Source: Tubulanus polymorphus (Eukaryota; Animalia; Nemertea). From it: a stretch of DNA of 64,000 bases. A program made the position numbers and the translations under genes. Under the pieces are notes generated by a model. It saw only the letters and a program-made list of their open reading frames with translations, was not told where the DNA came from and searched no databases. Shown in pieces: positions 50,434-62,835 of the stretch; the stretch's first letter is position 1; every line of letters begins with the position of its first letter. The DNA is taken from assembly GCF_964204645.1 (NCBI RefSeq), contig NC_134030.1, forward strand, positions 3,824,778 to 3,888,777. Direction: 5' to 3'.

Positions 50434-50521
50434 TATTCTAGCGGGATTCGAAACTGCGACCTCCAGCAATAAGCAGGGGAAGCTAACAAGGCAAGCGTGC
50501 TAACCACTGGGCCATAGATCT
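50434..50521 (-). pseudogene. tRNA-like element (tRNA pseudogene or tRNA-derived SINE head)
   Basis: Minus strand GATCTATGGCCCAGTGGTTAGCACGCTTGCCTTGTTA...GGAGGTCGCAGTTTCGAATCCCGCTAGAAT contains A-box and B-box motifs, an anticodon-like TGT, extra intron-like sequence and imperfect stems. Confidence 0.6.
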
Positions 50522-50779
50522 CAGGTAATCTGTCCGGATTGTAAGTTTGCCTGCTATGTGATTTTGTATGTCTCTGCTTAAAATCGACAATTTTCAGAGT
50601 AAATCGTAGACAGTTTTTAAACGGATGAGTTAACCGGGGTAAACTGAAGACACACCACGATGAGCATTAATTGAATTTGCGTGGTTTCGAACCAAATGAA
50701 ATTTTTATGTGGTATTGATGAGGTTCGAATCCCATAAGGAAATGATTTTCTTGACGTGGCGGGAATATTAGTACTTTTC

Positions 50780-50862
50780 ATTGGTCAGGATCAGTGACGT
50801 CACACTGTCAGTATAAATACTCAGGTCAGCTGATCCCTCCTTCCAGTTCGGCCATCTTTCAG
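50780..50862 (+). promoter_or_regulatory. Pol II core promoter and non-coding first exon
   Basis: ATTGG (reverse CCAAT) 50780, CRE TGACGTCA 50795-50802, TATAAATA 50812-50819, Inr-like CCAGTT 50843-50848, strong donor CAG|GTAAGC 50862/50863. Confidence 0.65.
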
Positions 50863-51597
50863 GTAAGCAAACGTCGTCCATTTTATTTATTTCTTTCGAT
50901 CAAATCTATTTATTAATCTTACTTGTAAATTTCATACATAGACCTTAGGTTTCGCATACGGTTTTGTTTAAGACAATTTCAAAAGTTCCGAAAGTTCGGA
51001 TTATATCATATACGTGTTTAATTATGACATTTCCATTGTGATGTTCTTTTTGCTCAAAATTGTCCAAATCGTATTTTTAATATTTAGAAGTAAATTACAA
51101 CATTTGACTTTCATTTTCGTTCTCGTAAAAATGAAGACGTTATTGTGATTTTATTGAGGAATTTTATTTAATTTATTTATGAAATTTTCGGAAGCAGTTA
51201 TTCTGCTGTTCAAATCTACGCGCTAATGCGGCTAGTTGACATGCCTAGGTGTAATACACAGACCGCTCAGTCTATTCAACCATGACTCGAATCCATAGAA
51301 ACCTTTTATTCGAAGCGTCGTTCAACTTAATTCTGGTGGCTTCTATATTTAATATTTAGAAAATAATGATGCCCAATAATTTAATGTTATTATTATCTAA
51401 TGCAAACTCGAGTTAGCTTTTTCTTAGAATCAATAATTTTCGATTTTCTTGATTTTTATAACATAATTGTTTTTACATTGCAGCAGCAGCAGCAGTGACA
51501 GCAACAGTACAAGACAAACATTGATACCAGCAAATTTATTACAACTTCAACTTAAACTTTAAATGAATTCAACTTCTACTTCAGCAGCAACACGACC

Positions 51598-54500
51598 ATG
51601 TCTTCAAAATATGACATTTTTTCCGGATTGATAAAGGTAGTGCGCGCCGAGGTCCTGACACTCGACCCTGTATCCCTCGGCGCGTTTTGTGATTTGAGTA
51701 AGTACAAACTCTACTTCATCAAATTCTCGATTATTTTTAGTGACAAGCATCTAAAATTATTTGATTTCCAACATCTGAAATTGTTTGATCTCAAATTCAC
51801 AATTATTTTATCTCAAATCTCCGCATTATTGGATACTAAATTTCGAATTGTCTCAATCTTCTATCATCAAATGTCAATTTCTTTCAATCCACTTTTTAAT
51901 TTCGGAAAACTCAATTTATGTCTCACACTGATTTCATTTCAATTTATTTTGAAAATATCATTTTATGTTTCTAGTCTTTTATTCTTTTTCAAATTACTCG
52001 ACTTAAACTCAATTTAATTTGCTAATAATTCTAATGGTGAATAATTGAATAATTTGAATTGAATTGAATTGAATAGTGAGTAGAGGTTCTGGTGGATGAG
52101 AATGAACTTGAGGAAGTAACTTCATTTCCTCGTTCCTGGTTTTCAAATATCGTCGAAATTGTGAAATATTCATCATGTTTTTCATATGCAATGCTGTATC
52201 CAGTCAATAGAGATAAGTTACAACATAAACAGTTTAAACTGGCTAGGCCTGCAGACCAATGCACTTCATGGAAAATCCTGATTTATATGTTTAATAAATC
52301 AAGTAACTGGACTGTGCGGTTCAGTCCATTTTAGTCAGTAAGTAAGCAGACTGCAGTTTAGTCCATATTTTAATCAGTAACTGGACTGCGGTGTAGTCAA
52401 TATTTTAGTCAATAACTGGACTGCGCTGTAGTCCATCGTTTAGTCAATAACTGGACTGCGGTTTTGTCGATGGTTTAGTCAATAACTGGACTGCAGTTTA
52501 GATAGTTAGTTACCTAATCGTTGGTGGTAAGCTTTTTCTAATCGGATGGGCTTATACCAACGTTAGGGATGACAAGGACCAAAACACGGTTGAAAAAAGT
52601 AACACTTCAAAAATATACTTTCTATTCACTTCAGTCCACAATAAATGGCTTAATTCACAAACTAACACAGGTACCTTTCGAAATAATCCAATTTTATGTA
52701 CGTTTCGAGTGATTAATCAGCATTATTTTGAGAAATTAATTAATTTCTCCACAAATTTCGCCATTGGCCGCCATTTCTCTGTATTGCACATGTGGCATGA
52801 TAAGACAAGGGTACCTACAAGGATTTATATAAAACTTTCAAGACGAAACGACAATTTTTATTTTTGATGGTTTTCCAACTTTTATTTCAAGTCTTCGTGT
52901 TTTCCATAATAAATAATGAAATAATAAATTTCTGGTAAAAGAAAAATGTGAATAAGTGTTGATTTTTTAATTTTTTTAAATTTCGTCGTTTCGCTTTGTT
53001 AGTTTGTGCTGTTGTCCTGGCCTCAGTCCACAGGTGCCAGCACCTCCAGTAATTTTCAAAATGGCAGCTGTTGACTGGACGGAAATTTACTCTCACTTTA
53101 CGGCCGATTTGCACATGGATTAAGATCGTCAGGTGAGGTGTTATAGGTATCAGACAAACTACGAATCTGTTGTGCGTCGATTACAACAAAAATGAGACAG
53201 ATATCTTAAGAGACAATGAAATGCCAGGCAAATTACTCGTCAGTCAAATTGGCTGACGAAGATTTCATACAAAAATGACCTTCCCATTCCTGACTGTGGT
53301 TTGTGAAAATATCCGATCGTGAAACTAAACCACAGTCAGGTTACTGACTACAGTTTAGACTGCTGTTCAGGAACCGGACAGCTGTTTAGTCCGTATCCAG
53401 ATACCCGTCACATTATGGGACCAACTTTTTAGATACCGCTAAAATGTAGCACTAGTATTTACGGTACTTTCGTTTTTCTCTGCGACTCCAGGATCCAACA
53501 ACATGTGATTTTCTTTTTATTAATCATTGATCAAACGTCAGGAAATTCAGGATCACTTTTTTAATTAATTGGTTAAACTTCGTTCTTCATATCTCTAGGT
53601 AGTTGCTCGCAACATTTTGAGATCCTGAGATTATGGCGGGAAGGAGGTATATCTCACGACTGCTATCATGAGCTTATCTGCGAAGTAGTCTCAAGCCGCA
53701 CCCACTCAATGTTTATTTTAGATCTAAACTAGGATATGATGTTTGATACGAATGTCTTTCACTAGCTCGGCTCATAGTCCGAATCTTCATCGTCTATTTG
53801 TTGGCGAATCCTAAATATTGCGGCCTTGCGGTAAATAGAGTTTAAACACGATTTATTTCTAACTGAGCAGATCATCCCGTCTGTGCCTACATTTGTTGCT
53901 ATAATAACGCCCAGCTGCCATAGAATTCTTCAATGGTGTATCTGTGAGTTTTTACAAACGCCCAAGATTCCTTGTTTCCTTGTGGACTGCGAGTGACATT
54001 AACTACCAGCAGCCATGACACGTATTCATCAATGAATCGTCTGCAACATCACTGGTTCAGTTTCAATCATCCTCACGTGCCGTTCGTTTCGTGAAGTTTT
54101 GGATCGACTATTTCATCATTTTCGTTGTTCTTGTACGGAAGTAGATTGATTTGTGTCCTCAACAGTTGCAGACTGAAGTACTCAGTAATTTCTTGCACAA
54201 GTTGAAGTTTTCTGCATCGATCATGCAGCAGATGTCCGTTGGCAGGTGTCTGTTGGTAGGTGTCCATATGCAGATGTTTTTTTTTTGCAGTTTCAGCGTG
54301 AAATCATTAGCCATCTCTTTATTTACTTATAGGAGGTTTACATGTTTGTTATCAGTCAGCATCCCACATTATTAACATCTCGGACCAGTTATCCACTCCC
54401 AATCGATGAATTTCACCAACAGCACCCCCTAGAAAGAATTTATGCAATATTTTCAGCTGTTTCGAGGTAATTCCAATCAGAAACATTTGTTAACGTTTTT

Positions 54501-57500
54501 ATCTTTTCCACTCTATTGTGTACGAATCATTTCAATCTTTTTCGACCAAATCCAACATTCATGTTTGAGTACATAGATCCGTATGTGTCGGTTATTAGCT
54601 CGCTATATTCTACTCATTAACATTGCTTGTTATTCTTTCCTCATCTTAAAATTTTCGTTTAATTTTTCGAATCTGCAGTTTTACATCCAGGGTAATATAC
54701 ATGAAGCGGCCGATTACAACTTCAGGACATGCGTCAGTGAAGATTACAATTTCCGCTTCTTGTTATGGGTCGACAACAAATCGTCTATCCAGTGTTTTCA
54801 GTAAGAAATTAACAAGCCAGGTCCCTTTGAAAAACAGGAGGGTCACATCGTATGTGACAGTCCCTGAAAAAACAGTGGGGTCCTTAAAAAATGACAGACG
54901 CGTCTGAGACCCGGGACCTGGCTCTTATTGAAAACACTGCTATCATCCATCGCTTTTTCGTTACTAAGTTCGAAGGAATTTCTGATCTTTGTCCATTGGC
55001 CCGTTTTTACTCTTCGTCCCTTTCAATGTTCACTGTCCATTGCTTAATCATAAGGGCTTTCATGGTGCAACGATCCTACTAAGTCCCAAAGGATCAAATA
55101 TCGATGACCATTTTGACAGAACGTTTCCTTTCGTTTCGACGTATCTTTTTTACATGTATGAATCATGATATTACTTTCCATTTCTTTTTGATTGGTTCAG
55201 CATCCTGTTGATCGATAAATCAAGTAGCACTGTTCTTGCGGTGGACCGGTGGTCAACAATTTCTGTCGATTCTTTTTCATAATCCTTATCGCTTGCGGAT
55301 TCTAGACTAAAGTTTCTTCAATTCTCTCGAATATCGTTAAAATTTTCTTGTATGTTTTTTAAAATTCCTCCAGCAACGATTCGAGAACTGTAACTTGTTT
55401 TTCGTCGATATCTTCTCTGAGGAGTGCTCCATTTTTCTCAACATTTTTTCAGATGTTGATAATAAACATTGTTGTTGTTTCTTCAGTTCTGCCCGAATGG
55501 CTTCACCTTCAGAGGGCTCACCCATCCATGAAAATAATACTAAAAAATACTACTGTTGGTTATGACCAGGAATGAAGTTTTGCAGAGAGATGACGAAGTG
55601 ACGATGTGCAATCCATTGATTCTTTACTAAACTGAATTGCTGCTTTATTTCTATATTAAAAACTACAAAAGTATCAGCTTATCATCTCATGGACGGTGCG
55701 CGATCGGACGGTGTGAGCGGAAGTTGCGATTAGCACAGATGTTGCCGCGGGATCCGGATAAGTGCCAGTTACATGCTTATCTCTGTACTGAGGAGAATCA
55801 TTCACAAAATCGCTACTTTTGGTTTACAGTTCCAACTTCTCTTTTTGTCAGAACGTCAAAATTCACTTCTTTTTTTACTCTCTTTAGTATTCGTCTGATT
55901 GTAATTAGGTCGCACCAACATTGTGTAGGAAACTCAACATGTAATATGCCATAATTACTATTTATACAGATCAATCTATCCAATATTCTGAATTATTCAG
56001 TAAAAATGAATATAGCGAAAATCTGACAAGAATATTGCTACTTTTCAGCTGCACCAAAGCATACGGTCCCATACAGTGGTTTAGTCAGTATCCGGACCAC
56101 AGTTTAGTCAGTATCCGGACCACAGTTTAGTCAGTAACGAAACTGTGTGATTCATTTCGTTCTGAGAACAGATTTTATCAAATTTCCTCTAGCTGTTCTT
56201 CAGATAGGCCTACCCTTTGACTAAATGTTTTATTTTCAGAATTCTTTTATAAAAAGTATATCCTCCACCGTTATCCAGGCCTGACATTTATCAAGGTCTA
56301 TCCTGTTTTACACCTTACAAGTTCGACAGCGACATTTGATATTGTTTTTTCTGTAAATGGCTGCAGCTGTATTCATAGTGAATTATTCCACTGAATGATT
56401 CTATACTTGAATGGTAAGTAGTGACTTATTTGAAATACTTAATGAATTCATTTGAAAAAGGCCTAAATTCTAAATATCATTAATTGTTCGCGTTTTAACG
56501 ATGTTTGATTTTTATAGATAAAAATCTTATTATAATTTGTAGTGAATGGATTTGATTGTATGAAGGTACAGCAGTGGACAGTGTCGTGTGAAATGGTTTT
56601 TACACCTGATGGTTGTTTCTGAAGGTACAGTAGCCGGCAGTGTCACGTGAAATGGTTTTTACCCCTGATGGTTGTTTCTGAGAATAACAGTTGAAGTTTT
56701 TCGTTTGATGATGAAAATACAGAAGAAATATGAATGAAATTTTTGGTGTCATTTTTCTGTTTGTCATGCAATGAAAATAAATTAGACTTACTTAGCAAAA
56801 ACCATAGGGAAATGTACAGTACTCGAAGGAAATATCACAATTTTTGGAACTAAAATTCTGTGAAAATTCATTTTAGAAAAAAATATTTTCAAATGTATCG
56901 CATTTTATTGGATTTTTTGCCCTTAATGATACTGTAGACTTCGCTTAAACTGGTAGACGGTCTATATCTGGTATAATCTGTTCAATTCGATGAAATAAAG
57001 ATGAAATGTTGTTCTAAATACATATGTTTTGCCTTTTATGGTATTGCTCTGTTCGATGATGATAATAATAACAATATTATGCGTCTGATGTACCGGTAGC
57101 CCTAAATCCAGCAGCAGCTCGGAGCGCTTTACATTTTACGGTTTTATTGCCCCAGCCATTTAATGGTCTGCTGGGGTGAAGTAACATCCGAGCAGCTGCT
57201 AGGCGCTCAGGGGTCATCTATCAGGCCAGGTACCCAATTACTCCTGGGTGCAGAGAGGCAATGAGGATAAGTGCCTTGCTGGGGACACAACGGTAATATA
57301 CGGGGTTCGAATCCATGACGATCTGGTTTCCCAGAACGCTTTCCGTATCCCATAAATGTTCACTTCATTTCCGTTTATTCCTAAACCGGTAAATTGTAAT
57401 GGCTGTTTGCCTATATTATAGAATACATTTATGTACTATCAACCTTCTATCTCTGTTAACAAAAATACATAAAAAAATACATGCATCTTTATGTATTTTT

Positions 57501-59910
57501 GCTGCTAGTGATTAGGCCTTATGTTCTATTAATGCACACGCATGACTTAAACTGGTCATAGTTTCCATTACTCAAAGAGGACATCACAAGTGAACTGAAT
57601 CGGAGGAAAATGTTGCGGGATAAAGAAACGTGAAATGTCCAGTCTATTGAAGGACTTGTGTTTGTGTGTAATTAGAGAAAAACCCTCAGAGTGCCCATCA
57701 TTGTTACTTAAAAGCAGGAAAATCAGTAGAAACTTTGGAGCTCAATAGAGTGAAAACTGTAAGAGATAAAGCTGGTAATTGAAAAGTTTGTAGGGTATGA
57801 CCCTTGGATAATTTTGGTGATGATTATTCTTACTGAAAGTGAAGTCCTATGCAAATGAGCTAATTCGCATAAATCATAATCAGTGACCTATTTATTTGAA
57901 AACCCCCTAAATTGCAGGTATCAAAATGAACAAATCGGGTATCTAGCCTCAGCTAACAGCTGACAATGGAATATTCTATGTCTACGGTCAGAAATATATA
58001 TTTTATGGGTAATTATAATTAGTAAATGAGCTTATAATTAAATCATGTGACCTCCGGATAAGTACCCGCTACTTTCAAATGCAAAAAAACTCAAATATTT
58101 CGAATAGCAACACCACAAAAACGCAGCATAAAAACTTACTAATGGGTGCTGCCATTTAATCAAGCCATTTAGCGGCAGGTTTCTCCGCTGAATTCTATGC
58201 GACTAAACTGCTATAAGAAATGTCGACGAAAGTCGACAGGGCACTGAAAAAGTTATAGAAGGAATTTGGGGATTCACTACATGGTCAGATTGTATAAAAT
58301 ACAAAGAAATTGATTATTTTGACCGCTATTAGGCTCAATAAAACTTTTGATCAAATTACCTAATGAGATGAAAAACGCTGAGATATCGCACGTGCCCCCT
58401 CATCCGAGAAACAACCGTTTGCCGCAGCCACAACAAAATGTACGCGATCCGCAGCACAATTAATTGCGCGACCTGTGAAATCATATACTGCATCGAATGC
58501 ACCAAGTGCAACCTGCTGTACGTCGGCCTAACCGGAATGTCTTTACAAGAACGTGTCACAAATCACGTCTCGCGCATCAGAACGTATAATTCGACTCCAG
58601 TCGCGGACCACTTCAACCAGGTCGACCACACCTACCAACACTTTCGGGTGTATGGTCTCCAACACTTACCAGGCTCGACGAGACCGATCCGCGAAGCAGC
58701 CAAACGAGACTGGATATCGGTCTTGATTCGTTTCAATATCAAATCGACACTAATTTTAGATACCAGTAACTAGCATAGTACCCGTCCACGGATGCATTGT
58801 CATAAATGTATTGGATATAGTTATAAAATGTACGCTGAAAGATTCCATTATCTGCCTCATTTATGATCTACTATACCATTGTCTAACAATACGGTTATTA
58901 CAGATAATGAGAGTGGTAAAATTGTATTTACAACAGCGTTAGAGGGTGGCAACCATCTCTTGCAACCAGCGACATGACAAATATGGTTGTTTCCGAACGT
59001 TCAACTGGCCCTTCGTTCATTCTTCCATCACATCACCTTCCGTTACCTATCAATGAATATCGCCTGCTGCATTATTTTATAGGTTACTTTTTACAGATAT
59101 GAAAATTTTATGCGTAATATTCGTGATCCTTAATGTTTTGTTTTTTTCATTCCAGATTTGGATGTTTTAACAGCAATACAGAAAAACAAGTCTGAAGCAG
59201 CCCGCGAAGCTCGTAACATCTTTGGAGCTTTCGTTAACAGGCGCGTTGACTCCCTTCGCGAGCCTGAGGAGCAAGCTCCTCCATTAGTTATTGTGCCACC
59301 TTTTGAGCTTGCTCTTCCGCAGGAGGCGGACCCTGCTCCTGTACATCTGGAGCAGGAGGACGCCCCTGCCGTGGGGACCCCGACAGAGGCCCCACCGCTT
59401 CAGACGCCCGCACTGCGTCGGTCGCCCCGTAGAAATATAAATCCAGATATCAATTATGCCATAGGTTCGGGGCGTCCCAAAACAAAAAAGGGCAAACGTG
59501 CGGCTCGTCCTCCTCCACCGAGACAACCAAATTTTGAGGAGGAGAGCAGTGATGAGGAGGAATTCGCCACTCCTGGAGCGACATCACCACCAGGGCCCGC
59601 AACACCACCACCACCACCACCACCACCATCAACTGGACCAGCATCAACGATACCACGAATAAGACGAAACAAAAGAAGAATAGAAGAAGAAAATGAAAAT
59701 AATGAAACACCTAATATTACACCCGCCCAGGCGTCAACATCGGGCGCTCCAGTGGGGGCACCACCCTCCCCCGCTGTTGAGCTTATCGCGCGCGGCCCTG
59801 GTTGGTCTAAAAACATTGATTACCACGATCCCATCAAAATGCTCCGCGATGTTGAAGGGGCCTTTAAAGGAAAATTTCAAATGGTTAAACGTCGGCGAAC
59901 ATCAAAGTAA
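51598..59910 (+). CDS. Orphan Pro-rich, largely disordered protein, ~284 aa, two predicted coding exons (51598-51697 and 59156-59910)
   Basis: ACCATG start. Donor TTGA|GTAAGT (phase 1) joins in frame to acceptor TTTTTTTCATTCCAG|AT, giving MSSKYDIFSGLIKVVRAEVLTLDPVSLGAFCDLNLDVLTAIQKNKSEAAREAR.... The 250-codon GC-rich terminal exon has basic NLS-like clusters. Confidence 0.55.
52300..52500. repeat. ~30-bp tandem repeat (TTTAGTCAATAACTGGACTGCGG...), ~6 copies
   Basis: AACTGGACTGC recurs about every 30 bp. Related units TTAGTCAGTATCCGGACCACAG occur at 56080-56140 and similar motifs at 53290-53400. Confidence 0.8.
53790..55530 (-). mobile_element. Decayed, internally deleted BEL/Pao LTR retrotransposon pol remnant
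   Basis: Minus-strand motifs in the expected order: IFDPLGL (55101-55081), IVIFTDAC (~54750-54727), FVHNRVEKIKTLTNVSDWNYLETAENIA*ILSRG (~54527-54425) and WQLGVIIATNVGTDGMI (~53920-53870). Many stops and frameshifts. Confidence 0.85.
56562..56681. repeat. 60-bp direct repeat, 2 copies
   Basis: GAAGGTACAG...CAGTGTC...GTGAAATGGTTTTTAC.CCTGATGGTTGTTTCTGA occurs twice. Confidence 0.8.
57055..57325 (-). mobile_element. CORE-type tRNA-derived SINE, 5'-truncated
   Basis: Minus strand shows B-box GGATTCGAACCCC, then a CORE-like GTTGTGTCCCCAGCAAGGCACTTATCCTCATTGCCTCTCTGCACCCAGGAGTAATTGGGTACC, a 3' AATGTAAAGCGCT motif and an (ATT/ATC)n tail. Confidence 0.75.
58369..58773 (+). pseudogene. Degenerate Penelope-type GIY-YIG endonuclease domain without RT
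   Basis: *KTLRYRTCPLI...YAIRSTINCATCEIIYCIECTKCNLLYVGLTGMSLQERVTNH...PVADHFNQVDH...REAAKRDWI matches the CCHH-type GIY-YIG pattern. The first Cys pair is mutated (stop, Tyr), the conserved Glu appears as Lys, and the PxGLN end is missing. Confidence 0.85.
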
Positions 59911-60314
59911 ATCAGCCCCTTCACTCGCCATCACCCGGGCAACAACATCAGCCCACGCACGTCTGCAGATCGGCACTTCTTGAAACTCAGTTTTCCCTTC
60001 CTCCTTGTTAAATATCTGTCAACACTCCTTGAACCAGTGGGCGTGCAGTCCTTCCTTACTTTTATTTTGAAAAATATAAAAATAAAAAACCAGACCTTTA
60101 TTTAATCATTGTTTTTATGGAGTTTTTACGGTTTCTCCAAAAAAATTTAAAATGATACAAATATAAAAAAATTCATGATCATTTCATCAATTTATTTATT
60201 TTTTGGATTAAAAGAAATTTTTTTCCATCATCTCCCATTCTCATTCATATACATTTTAAATCATTTATTTATTTGTTTTTTGACTGTACGTCCCACTGTG
60301 TTCCATACCATTTT

Positions 60315-60602
60315 TGCAACACCTTATTCATTAAGGTCCATTTTGCTTCTCACGATGCTGAAGCATTTACCATTTTTTTGCATTTCCTCTTGCAACACCT
60401 TATTAACTATGGTTCATTTTGCTTCTCACAATGCTGAAGCATTTACCATCCTTGCATTACCTCTTACAACACCTTATTAACTAAGGTTCATTGTGCTTCT
60501 CATGATGCTGAAGCATTTACCATCCTTGAATTACCTCTTACAACACCTTATTAACTAAGGTTCATTTTGCTTCTCATGATGCTGAAGCATTTACCATTTT
60601 TG
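60315..60602. repeat. ~70-bp tandem repeat, ~4 copies
   Basis: CAACACCTTATTAACTAAGGTTCATTTTGCTTCTCATGATGCTGAAGCATTTACCAT... is repeated. Confidence 0.9.
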
Positions 60603-60772
60603 CATGGTCTTTCTTATGAGTCATCTATTCTAACGCTATGGTCGGCCATGTAAAATCTCTTTCGGGATATGCAGGGAATCAATTCCTATAATAACTCCTA
60701 TGGAGTTTGAAAAAAGTGGATTTTTCAAATCAAAAGGAACAGCATTCACATGTGATTCCTTATTGAACTAGG

Positions 60773-60882
60773 AACGTGGAGAAGGAATAGCTATGTTTCA
60801 CACATAATGCGTTTCCTTATGAAGCTGAAAATAACGTGGAGAAGGAACAGCTATGTTTCACATAATGCGATTCCTTAGGAAA
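60773..60882. repeat. 60-bp direct repeat, 2 copies
   Basis: AACGTGGAGAAGGAA.AGCTATGTTTCACA..TAATGCG.TTCCTTA occurs twice. Confidence 0.8.
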
Positions 60883-62659
60883 CTACATTGAAACAGATTG
60901 TTCAATGTTCCATGTTGCCCCCTCCCCCAAATACTATGACGTTTATACGTCAAGTGTAAAACCATTATTATTGTTATTAACATACCTGTTTTTCTAATTA
61001 CAGAATTAAAGATTAATTTAATATGACATGAAAACTTGAATGATTGAAATGTTAATATCTAATGCTCAACAACGGAGGAAAATCCTTCACATGTGAGCGG
61101 AAGGATCGAAAATGTTTATTCAGGAAGGAAAAGGAATATATATTTATATACGTGAGATTGCTTGGATTAAAAATTGCACAAGAAAGGAAACCACAGCAAA
61201 GACTACGGTAATCAATTTCATCACATTTCTAAGGTGCGAAAGTTCACTGGATCAGTGATCAATCCATGAATTTACGAGTTCTTAATTGAACATGCAAAAA
61301 TCTGCAAAAATGCAATGATAAAGAATCTTGGATAAAATAAAGACCTTGGATTAGAGAATTAGTCGTAATCACTTCAGTAATCAGGTTTTATTGATAGATA
61401 TTGATCTCTACTTATTCTAACGATCACCAGGATGATGATTTGAGTTTAAGATTCTTGTTAGATTAATCTGCATCTCTTGTTGAAATCAATAAGGCATATG
61501 AGAGAGGAGGTCTGAGATATGAGAGAGGCAGTTGGGGAGGTATGAGAGCGGAGGTTCAGGAGAGTGGAGGTTCAGGAGAGAGGAGGTTCAGGGAATATGA
61601 AAGTTTATGGAGATATAGTAGAGAGTGTATGGAAGTATGACAGAGGAGTTTAAGGAGATATCATAGAGGAAATTGTCTTAAAGGAAAATTGTTAAGTTCA
61701 TAACAATCGAGCAACTCGGTAATAGACACCGCTCTGATAAAGTAACGTCTTCTGGTCCTCGATTGCGGTCTGAATTGCAAGAATTGTGTTAAGCAATTTA
61801 AATATGGTTGATAGAGCGTGGAATTGTTTCCATGTAGGCATGCAATGCACAAAACACACATCAGATTAAGGCTGTTGAGAGGGAATTATCAATAGATTTA
61901 AGAAATCGACGATGAAGTTGGTTTCAAGAGGTTGATCATTCATATGGCAGTTAATCAGATCAGGTTCTCAGGCACTTCCTTGGTCCCCAAAAACTGCATA
62001 AGTTGTATCAAAGTATGTGATATAACCTACTAATTTATTACATGAAAAGAGGCTACTTGTAGTTTCTCAGCCACTTCGCAATTATTGTTGCAAAGAGGTC
62101 CCAAAATCCGACCAGCACCACCAATAGATTTCTACAGAACAGTTAGTGTTGTAATTTTTGTGGTTCCAGTTTTTTTTTCACTGTCCGAGATAATAGAAAA
62201 TTCCTAAATTTTGAGTCCTTCAGTGCTGAAATTCCATTTTATCACAAATTTTAAGTTTCCTAATCTTAACTTTGCAAAAATTTGAACTTTTCCTATTCTA
62301 TTTCTTGTCAAAGATTTCATTCCAGTTCTCAAAATTATTTGCAGTTTTTTAATGTCTGCGAAATATCGTCAGTTATTTTCCTGGTTTCATATTTATTATT
62401 GCCCAAAATCATATCTCATATGAATAATTATTACTATTATTGGATTTTTTTTGCTGATTGATTATAGATCTTTTGGGGTTTGGTTTGATATTATGATTGA
62501 TCAAGGTGATCCATCTAAAACTGTTTCATAAATTTTTAAATATTCATATTTGAAAACAATTTCGTTGATACTTCTAAACTAGTAATTCTACAAAAATTCT
62601 AAAAACAATTTTACACGTATCTTACGACTATTCTAGAAATGAGAATTATATCAATTTTA

Positions 62660-62835
62660 ATGTAACTATTTTATCTGAATTTTTAATCTATTAAAGTAAC
62701 TATTTTATATCTGAATTTTGAAATACCTATGATATCTAAAAACTATTTATCTGAATTTTAATCTATTAAGGTAACTATTTTATATCTGAATTTTAAAATA
62801 CCTATGATATCGAAAAACTATTTTATCTGAATATT
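62660..62835. repeat. AT-rich tandem repeat (AACTATTTTATCTGAATTTT subunits in a ~78-bp period)
   Basis: AACTATTTT(AT)ATCTGAATTTT occurs 5 times and AATACCTATGATATC twice. Confidence 0.75.

Noticed and set aside
50434-50521. Functional tRNA-Thr(TGT)
   Set aside because: Acceptor, D and anticodon stems pair poorly, so it is kept only as a tRNA-like relic.
59284-59983. Overlapping antisense and alternate-frame ORFs over the Pro-rich exon (similar cases over ZDHHC23 exon 2, the GPCR and the KASH-like gene)
   Set aside because: Shadow ORFs of GC-richer coding sequence with no independent support.
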